Below, in pieces: positions 1 through 5,986 of a DNA stretch of 31,681 bases. Where the stretch lies: positions 1 to 31,681 of the forward strand of contig JABIGM010000051.1 in the NCBI GenBank assembly GCA_018650165.1. Reading direction: 5' to 3'. Within the stretch, counting starts at the first letter, position 1. Every line of letters starts with the position of its first letter. This stretch comes from Methanobacteriota archaeon. GTDB lineage: Archaea > Thermoplasmatota > Poseidoniia > Poseidoniales > Poseidoniaceae. A model generated the notes under the pieces. The model did not search any database, was not told the DNA's origin, and was given only the letters and a program-made list of their open reading frames with translations. A program made the position numbers and the translations under genes.

Positions 1-1128
1 ATCTTCGTCAATTGCTCGTTTAATTTCCATTGCTATACGTCTTCCAACTCCAAAAGTTGTCCCATATTGATATTTTGTATATGGGCTAGTTGTTGCGACA
101 ATCGGATTTCCTGGAACTCGAAGTGATACATCGTATACAATCATTTCCAAATCCTTTGTTATGACACTCTGAAGAGAAAATGGACCAATAATTCCAGGGG
201 CATATTCTTTTTTCACTGCTCTGACAAATTTGTCCCCCATCTGGAATACTTTCTCTAACAATGATTCTCTAATAGTTGCTGTGTTATGACCTACTACAGT
301 CATTTCAGGGATTTGTTGATGTGCCGGCATAGTCATTTGTTGAGGCGCAGGCAAGCGTACATGCCCGTCTAGAGACGATTCAAAGCGCCAGTCTACTCCC
401 AGAAGTTCTAGCTTAGGCATATCCTCTTCGAGTGGAGAGTAGAAGAAATTCAAGTTGAATACAGGTCCAATCACATAACGCTCGATTCGTGCGCCATCTA
501 GGCTTTCCTGGTCAATTGTTCCTTCCTTCAGAAGAGTTGCACTTTTCTCACAGTATTCCTTATACGATGCACAGGTGAAAAATCCACGTTCCAATTTCTT
601 CTGTGCGTGATGCAACTTCACAATTACTAGACAATCAATATCTTGAGGGTCTGCAATCGCTTCAGGATAAGGCAATCCTGCCTTGTCTAGAATCCAATAG
701 TAATCTTGCTCTTCGGTTCTTTCTTCCATCCTAAGCATATTTCTAGAACCAAACATTGGTACTTTGAAATTATTCTCAACATCTTCGATACTGGAGTAAG
801 ATGTAAAAGAACGATTAGGAACGAAAACCACATTTCTCTTCCGCATTTCATCTTGCATTACAGGTTCCATCACATCATTGAATGAGTCCATAACAATGGC
901 CTTATCGACCATTCCTCTGCGAACTCGTCCTGATGAGGTTCGCTGAGTCTTGAAATATTCCGAATATGTTTTTTCACGACCTTTTTGGCAGTAAGCGACA
1001 GTTGGAAATCCCTCTTCAATAGCCCCATCACATATGTCGAGAGCAGAGTGGCTTGCAGTCATTCCGATGCGCAACTTTAGGCGTTCATATTCTTCGATAA
1101 TTCCGGATATTTCGTCCTTGCTAATCAT
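1..1128 (-). CDS. purP: 5-formaminoimidazole-4-carboxamide ribonucleotide synthetase, PurP family (ATP-grasp); 3' end runs off the window
   Basis: Not in the ORF track; translated by hand from ATG at 1126-1128, with GGAGG upstream. It reads MISKDEI..IGMTASHSALDICDGAIEEGFPT..VPNRSF..FGSRNMLRMEER..GIIGPFSLQ..GRRIAMEIKRA, which are PurP-family motifs. The frame is open to base 1. Confidence 0.9.
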   Translation of the reverse strand, partial: MISKDEISGIIEEYERLKLRIGMTASHSALDICDGAIEEGFPTVAYCQKGREKTYSEYFKTQRTSSGRVRRGMVDKAIVMDSFNDVMEPVMQDEMRKRNVVFVPNRSFTSYSSIEDVENNFKVPMFGSRNMLRMEERTEEQDYYWILDKAGLPYPEAIADPQDIDCLVIVKLHHAQKKLERGFFTCASYKEYCEKSATLLKEGTIDQESLDGARIERYVIGPVFNLNFFYSPLEEDMPKLELLGVDWRFESSLDGHVRLPAPQQMTMPAHQQIPEMTVVGHNTATIRESLLEKVFQMGDKFVRAVKKEYAPGIIGPFSLQSVITKDLEMIVYDVSLRVPGNPIVATTSPYTKYQYGTTFGVGRRIAMEIKRAIDED

Positions 1129-1167
1129 GAGTTCATTCCTCCTTGATTACCATGCTAACCTAGATGG

Positions 1168-1176
1168 CATTTGAAG
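1168..1176 (-). promoter_or_regulatory. Putative TATA-like element (CTTCAAATG) upstream of purP
   Basis: Lies 40-48 nt upstream of the purP ATG. An identical 9-mer occurs at 2118-2126, and both are followed 5-7 nt later by AGGTTAG. Confidence 0.4.
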
Positions 1177-2055
1177 TTAGTCAAACCTTTGAAGTTGCAT
1201 TAATTCGTCAGTAGTTAGTGTCTCTCCACTCATCAACTTACTCATCAAGTCCTGAACCTCGACACGTGCGCCGCGTTGATTATCGCCAGTTATTGCTCCG
1301 CGCATTGCTCGCAGCATGTCTTGTATTGAGTGTAGACATCGTAGAGAAACTATGTAGAAGTGGTGTGCTTTGTCAGCCTCTTTCTTTGATTTACGTAGTT
1401 GGCGGTGAGCGGACTCTGCCTGTTCACGCTGCCTATCAACTTCCTTATTCCACTGAAGCATTAGTTCGTGTGCTTCTTGTGCTGCAACCGCTGACTTTTG
1501 CACTTCCTCGTGGGCAGCTTCTTGCTTTGCCATTGCTTCACGAAGTAACTCGCGAGCCTCCTTTAGTTCTCCATTAGAACCTTCAGAAGTTTTCATTTCA
1601 CGGATCTTAGAAGAAATTTCCTTCATTCGCTTCATGACTTTCTTTTCATTTTGCCCGGTGTGTTCACCGCGCTCGAATTCACTTTCGAGTTTTTGTAAAT
1701 CTCTGCGCAGAGAATGAATGGTTACTTTCTTCTCTTTTTTACCACGGTATCCCGATGAATGGTCTTCCTTTTCAGGACGTTCCGAGTCAAGCATAGATTT
1801 TGCTTGCTTCACTTCTTTGTTAGCATCGGAACGAATTGCTTTCTTTTCACGAACCAATTCGTTCATCTGTTCACGGATTTCGCGTTGTTGGCGGACATTC
1901 TGGATAAGTTCACGAACTTCAGCATTAAGTTCGTTTCGAATGACGGTATGCTCTTTGGTACGAGAATTCCAATCATCACGTGTAGTGCGGTACTGAGTAG
2001 CCTTTTGGTCAACCAGTTTGCGCTTTTCATCTAGAATTTCCTTGAGTTCTGCCAT
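1177..2055 (-). CDS. Archaeal coiled-coil protein, COG1340-like (paralog 1)
   Basis: Heptad-rich, with RNELNAEVREL / REQMNELV and AHEEVQ..AQEAHELM repeats and C-terminal GETLTTDELMQLQ, typical of COG1340. Start moved to ATG 2055 because the AGGTG SD overlaps the GTG at 2067. Confidence 0.75.
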   Translation of the reverse strand: MAELKEILDEKRKLVDQKATQYRTTRDDWNSRTKEHTVIRNELNAEVRELIQNVRQQREIREQMNELVREKKAIRSDANKEVKQAKSMLDSERPEKEDHSSGYRGKKEKKVTIHSLRRDLQKLESEFERGEHTGQNEKKVMKRMKEISSKIREMKTSEGSNGELKEARELLREAMAKQEAAHEEVQKSAVAAQEAHELMLQWNKEVDRQREQAESAHRQLRKSKKEADKAHHFYIVSLRCLHSIQDMLRAMRGAITGDNQRGARVEVQDLMSKLMSGETLTTDELMQLQRFD

Positions 2056-2117
2056 TATTCTACGCACCTGTTCGCTGTGTACTCCCGTACTCTAGCGACT
2101 GGGCGACTAACCTGTCC

Positions 2118-2126
2118 CATTTGAAG
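2118..2126 (-). promoter_or_regulatory. Putative TATA-like element (CTTCAAATG) upstream of coiled-coil paralog 1
   Basis: Exact copy of the 1168-1176 element, followed by AGGTTAG. Confidence 0.35.
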
Positions 2127-2141
2127 CCTCCCTACGGGAGG
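2127..2141 (-). terminator. GC hairpin CCTCCC-GTA-GGGAGG, 3 nt after the last stop of the nucleotidyltransferase operon
   Basis: Perfect 6-bp stem with a 3-nt loop. The same architecture occurs after pdxS (14834-14848). There is no U-tract, so the terminator role is uncertain. Confidence 0.35.
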
Positions 2142-2144
2142 ATT

Positions 2145-2489
2145 TCACAAAAATGGTATAATTGCCTTACTGGCCTTTGCAATTTTCAATCTGGCTTTAC
2201 CCAAATTACTACTGCTTGGGCATTGAATTACGATGGTATGTCCCGATTCTAAGCGTGATGCAATTATAGTACAGTCCTCAGCAACTATGGTTACCAGTGG
2301 CGAGTCAGGATTAAGTTCTAGAATCGCAGACATTGAAGTCGGCTTGAATTCATTTGATGTTCTTTCAACAGTGAAGCCTTCTGAATCCAATAGAGATGCC
2401 GAGATAACACACTCTCCATCGACCAGATCTGCAATAATTGCGCTTGCCACAAATTGGTGTGACCAGTGACAGGTGATGACTATTTGCAT
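2145..2489 (-). CDS. Roadblock/LC7 (MglB-like) domain protein
   Basis: 114 aa with a helix - SASLLDSEGFTV - helix - LVTIVAEDCTIIASRL - TIVIQC - SNLGKARLKIAKASKAI pattern, matching the Roadblock/LC7 layout (S/DxxG turn, C-terminal NLG helix). TAATG overlap with the upstream GNAT gene. Confidence 0.6.
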   Translation of the reverse strand: MQIVITCHWSHQFVASAIIADLVDGECVISASLLDSEGFTVERTSNEFKPTSMSAILELNPDSPLVTIVAEDCTIIASRLESGHTIVIQCPSSSNLGKARLKIAKASKAIIPFL

Positions 2490-2974
2490 TAGATATTTCC
2501 ACGCATAACGTAGCCAATACCAGATTTGTAGTAACCACTAAGAGTACCAATCACTTCCAAACCCCTTCTTCTATAGAATTCGATGGCATACTCATTGTCA
2601 CCTCTTACTTCAAGTTGGATCTCTGTGTGTCCGTCCTTTCGTGCAGCTTCCAGAAGTAAATTCCAGGCAGCCGAACCCAATCCCTTGCCTTTGTAGTCAG
2701 AATCAACAGCAAAAGCAACTACTCTAACTCGTGACTTACTGAATTTATTAGCCCATAATAGCCCTCGAAGCATACCATTTTTGTCGCGTAATACTAGATT
2801 ACCGCCCCATTCAGGTATTGGTAGACTTTTTACTGAAGCCTCAGCATATCGTTCACCGGTTTGGTCAAGAAATAATTGTTTGACTATTTCGATGGTCAAA
2901 GGGTCCAATTCTTTTGGACTTGTACCCTCTTCCCAAAGTGCCTCCATTGAACCACCCAGTACGGAACTCTTCAT
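2489..2974 (-). CDS. GNAT N-acetyltransferase, RimI/Ard1-like
   Basis: Acetyl-CoA motif A VVAFAVDSDYKGKGLG and motif B LEVRGDNEYAIEFYRRRG..GYY. ATGA overlap with the upstream gene. Confidence 0.88.
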   Translation of the reverse strand: MKSSVLGGSMEALWEEGTSPKELDPLTIEIVKQLFLDQTGERYAEASVKSLPIPEWGGNLVLRDKNGMLRGLLWANKFSKSRVRVVAFAVDSDYKGKGLGSAAWNLLLEAARKDGHTEIQLEVRGDNEYAIEFYRRRGLEVIGTLSGYYKSGIGYVMRGNI

Positions 2975-5064
2975 CTTTCTTTCTTCTTATACTGGCCGCG
3001 AGTTCCTCGGTTAGACCCAATTGCTCCTAGTTTCCGCATGCCTGCTTTCTTGGAACTTACGCGTTTTTCTTTCTTGGATGTAGGTTCGGATTCAATTGCA
3101 GAAAGTAGACCTGAAATATCACCCAGTGTCATTGGACCAGAGGATTTAGTTTTCGTTTCAGATTTATTATTTCGCGATTTACCTTGATGTCGGCCACGGC
3201 TTTTTTCATGTGAGTGTCCACCACTCTTTTTCCGTAGCCAAGCTTCTAGCCTTCCATTTTCACGGCGCAGTTTGTGCAAATCTCCACGTCGTTGACGTAG
3301 AGCACGCTGAATATTCTGCGTCCTGCGGTCATAGGATTTTGCTTCCCCTGCATTGATGCTCTTATCTTTCAGTAGAGGTTCTGCTTCCAGAAGTTTCGTG
3401 GTTGCCTCATCATGCTTTGTTTCAAAGAGTTTGAGTGCTTTAATTTCCTTTTTCTGTTCGGTTACCAATACAATGAATCGTTGATGCAATTCACTTGCCT
3501 CACGTGCTTTGCCATGCATGGCCTGTAATTCTAGGAACCATGAGAACTGTACCTTTTCACGGGAAAGTGATGGGACTCTATGTATGTCAATTTCTTCAGT
3601 CAGGCGCGTATATACCTTGGCTAATTCATCTTCAATCATATGGATTGGTAGAATTATATCAGAATTGATTTTATCTCTCGATGTTTTGACCTTATCGATT
3701 TCCTTATTTCTTTCTTTAAGATTGATGATGATGGACTTGTGCTCTTTGCGTAAATCCGATGTTTCTTCAATCACGCCCCGCATAGCCTTAGCCATTCTTA
3801 CATTTGATTGACGTTCAGAATCAAGGGCTTGCACGACCTTCTCCACTTCAATCATGTCTGCCTTTGTCTTTTCTAACATCTCTTTGACAAGATCATCCGA
3901 TTTGTCTCTTAAGTCGTGGAAAATATCTGCTGGCTCCATATCTTTTAATCTGTCAGCATCAATAGTTTCACAAATATTTTTCCAAGAAGCGCCCTCACCA
4001 AACAATTTCGTTGCACGAAGCAATTCATCTCTTATTTTCAGTTCACCAACAGCCCTTACCACTCGGCTAAGGTCATGGTCTGGGTTGAAAGGGTCTTCAA
4101 TTGAGAGGTGGTGTTCTCCCATTCTTGGAGGTTTTTCTTTCTGGCTATTTACCACATCAAGTGCTGATGGGGTTTCATTCATCCATCCCTTTTCATCTCT
4201 TGAAAGGGAACTTCCATTCCTGATTGAAATAATTTCAGTCTCCCAATCCATTGTTGCATATGTGTGGAAGAATGAATACAATAGTTCGGCAAGGGTCGTG
4301 TTTAAACGAGTTTCAACCTTTGCATCTTCGTTGATTGTAATATCATATTCCTTATCTCCAATTTTAATAATTGTTCGATCATTGCCGGATTGTAAATTGG
4401 GTATTATCCCTGATTTAATCAGGTGATTGATTACTAATACAGACCAAGCATATGATGACAAAGTACCACCTGGAGCATCAGAAAGATTCCTGTGAAGGGC
4501 CCAGTGTTTGACGCAGACAGCAAGTTGCCGTACTCGTTCATCGAGTTTGGCATATGTCTTCAGCAGTGTAGTATTATGCAGAGCAAGATTGTTATTTATA
4601 GAAATATCAACCTCTTTACCACTTCGTGGGTCAGTGAACTTGACAATAGGCACAGTCGCCCTTGTGAGTGCTTGAACCGCCTCCATGCCTTGTCCGCGAA
4701 GCATTCCGCTAATTCGTTTGACAACCTTCTTCTGATTAGCGCCTGGTAATTGCAGACACAAATCCAAATCTCCAGTCTTTAGTGAAAGTCCACTTTCTGA
4801 AGAACCAAATGGTGTCAACTTAGACCCCTTGAATTTTGAGGAGATGCTCTTTTCCAAATGATTGATTAAACTATCTTTACGCTTGATATCGCCGGTATTG
4901 AATTTATGATTAGAAATAGTGTGCCCTAGTGGCTTATCGTAATTCATTAGTGATTCCTTACTAGGTGTATTAAGTTCCAATTTACCAACAATCTGAGAAT
5001 GAAGGTTAGCAAATAAGTTAACATCTTCGGGAGAGAGGCCTGTAATCTCACAATTGTCACTCAT
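2971..5064 (-). CDS. Cid1/TUT4-7-like terminal nucleotidyltransferase (NTase + PAP-associated domain) fused to a COG1340-like coiled coil and a basic tail
   Basis: Motifs PFGSSESGLSLKTGDLD (D99, D101), VPIVKF, EVDISINNNLALHNT (D153), VKHWA, GTLSSY, LAELLYSFF, ISIRNG, EKGW and SIEDPFNPDHDLSR. Residues ~380-612 are coiled coil and 612-697 are K/R/G-rich. Confidence 0.9.
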   Translation of the reverse strand: MSDNCEITGLSPEDVNLFANLHSQIVGKLELNTPSKESLMNYDKPLGHTISNHKFNTGDIKRKDSLINHLEKSISSKFKGSKLTPFGSSESGLSLKTGDLDLCLQLPGANQKKVVKRISGMLRGQGMEAVQALTRATVPIVKFTDPRSGKEVDISINNNLALHNTTLLKTYAKLDERVRQLAVCVKHWALHRNLSDAPGGTLSSYAWSVLVINHLIKSGIIPNLQSGNDRTIIKIGDKEYDITINEDAKVETRLNTTLAELLYSFFHTYATMDWETEIISIRNGSSLSRDEKGWMNETPSALDVVNSQKEKPPRMGEHHLSIEDPFNPDHDLSRVVRAVGELKIRDELLRATKLFGEGASWKNICETIDADRLKDMEPADIFHDLRDKSDDLVKEMLEKTKADMIEVEKVVQALDSERQSNVRMAKAMRGVIEETSDLRKEHKSIIINLKERNKEIDKVKTSRDKINSDIILPIHMIEDELAKVYTRLTEEIDIHRVPSLSREKVQFSWFLELQAMHGKAREASELHQRFIVLVTEQKKEIKALKLFETKHDEATTKLLEAEPLLKDKSINAGEAKSYDRRTQNIQRALRQRRGDLHKLRRENGRLEAWLRKKSGGHSHEKSRGRHQGKSRNNKSETKTKSSGPMTLGDISGLLSAIESEPTSKKEKRVSSKKAGMRKLGAIGSNRGTRGQYKKKER

Positions 5065-5906
5065 TCCTCTTCACCTCCTGCTTCCTTTTTCGGATTTGTA
5101 GTTCGAGAACTCTTTCTTTCTTTCATGATTGCTTTGGAGGACATTCCGCCATTGCGAACTCTTTCAGCATCAATTACCAAATCATCGAATTCTTCCCTTT
5201 CGACTCGAGTTTTCCAAAACTCCAAAGCATCTTCGCTGGATGATAATGCATCCTCTAGGCGTTTCGTCCTAGAAGTTGACCTACGCCTAACTTCTTCCCA
5301 ACGAACAAAGTCTTCCTGGCTTTCTGCATTAGCACCAACCAGTTCAACCATTGCATCATGTGCTTTTTGTGCCGAATCGAGCAGACTTCTTGCTCTAGTC
5401 CGCGAATCATTCATTTCTTTTACCAATGGTTGGGAAGCAGATCTTTCTGAAACCCACTCCTCATGCTCTCTTATGAGGGATTTCATTTCATTGATGAATT
5501 TCTCTTCTGTTTTGTGGGTGCCGGCACTTGTTTCTAATTGGTTTTCAAGTGACTGCAACTTTTCAGAGAGTTTGTCTTTGGCCCATTTCGGGTCGGGGTT
5601 CTTCATACCCCCTTCTTGAATTAGTTGTTCACGAATTTCATTTGAACGCTCAAACAGGGTGCGCGCTTCTTTTTGAGCCGCATTTCGCTCACCTTTCAGG
5701 TTTGCAACTTTCACATTTATTTCATCACGATTCGCTCTTGCTGATTTTGCTTTTGGTTCAGCTTCAGCCAGCTCGACTTTTCGAGCCTCGAGGTCGTCTG
5801 GAATAATGTCGGCTAAGCGTTCTCTACGGTGCAGAATCGCTTGTGCCAAAAGTTTTGGTGAGACGGCGAGAAGGTCGTTCGCATCCATTGGAATCAATGC
5901 GGCCAC
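5061..5906 (-). CDS. Archaeal coiled-coil protein, COG1340-like (paralog 2); first gene of the operon
   Basis: RDEINVKVANLKGERN, LQSLENQLET..TEEKFINEMKSL and AQKAHDAMVEL. GTG start with GGGAGG upstream (alternative ATG at 5888). ATGA overlap with the downstream gene. Confidence 0.7.
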   Translation of the reverse strand: MAALIPMDANDLLAVSPKLLAQAILHRRERLADIIPDDLEARKVELAEAEPKAKSARANRDEINVKVANLKGERNAAQKEARTLFERSNEIREQLIQEGGMKNPDPKWAKDKLSEKLQSLENQLETSAGTHKTEEKFINEMKSLIREHEEWVSERSASQPLVKEMNDSRTRARSLLDSAQKAHDAMVELVGANAESQEDFVRWEEVRRRSTSRTKRLEDALSSSEDALEFWKTRVEREEFDDLVIDAERVRNGGMSSKAIMKERKSSRTTNPKKEAGGEEE

Positions 5907-5931
5907 CTGCCTCCCTTGGATAAAGGCTACG

Positions 5932-5951
5932 ACCCACCCTTAAGGGTGGGT
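5932..5951. promoter_or_regulatory. Perfect 20-bp palindrome ACCCACCCTTAAGGGTGGGT in the divergent intergenic region; probable bidirectional promoter or operator
   Basis: Self-complementary. The central CTTAAG is TATA-like on both strands, roughly 35 and 45 nt from the two start codons. Confidence 0.55.
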
Positions 5952-5986
5952 GAAGGTGAAGAACCCCCAAGCCCCGAGGGGGTTAC

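Noticed and set aside
1154-1163. GCTAACCTAG resembles half of the DtxR/IdeR operator (TTAGGTTAG.CTAACCTAA); a weaker copy lies at about 2107-2114
   Set aside because: Only one half-site is present and the opposite half does not match. It is better explained as a promoter-proximal element.
1177-2055. 'Phosphoserine phosphatase' or SMC labels often attached to these coiled-coil proteins
   Set aside because: None of the four paralogs has a HAD DxDxT motif, a Walker A/B motif or a hinge.
2971-5064. Alternative identities for the nucleotidyltransferase: archaeal CCA-adding enzyme, cGAS/DncV-like CBASS cyclase, or MNT/MenT toxin
   Set aside because: The NNxLAxHNT, VKHWA, GTLSSY, EKGW and IEDPF..H motifs are Cid1/TUT-like. 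No CBASS effector, Cap2/Cap3 or HEPN partner is nearby, and the protein is too large for an MNT. An HMM search would settle it.
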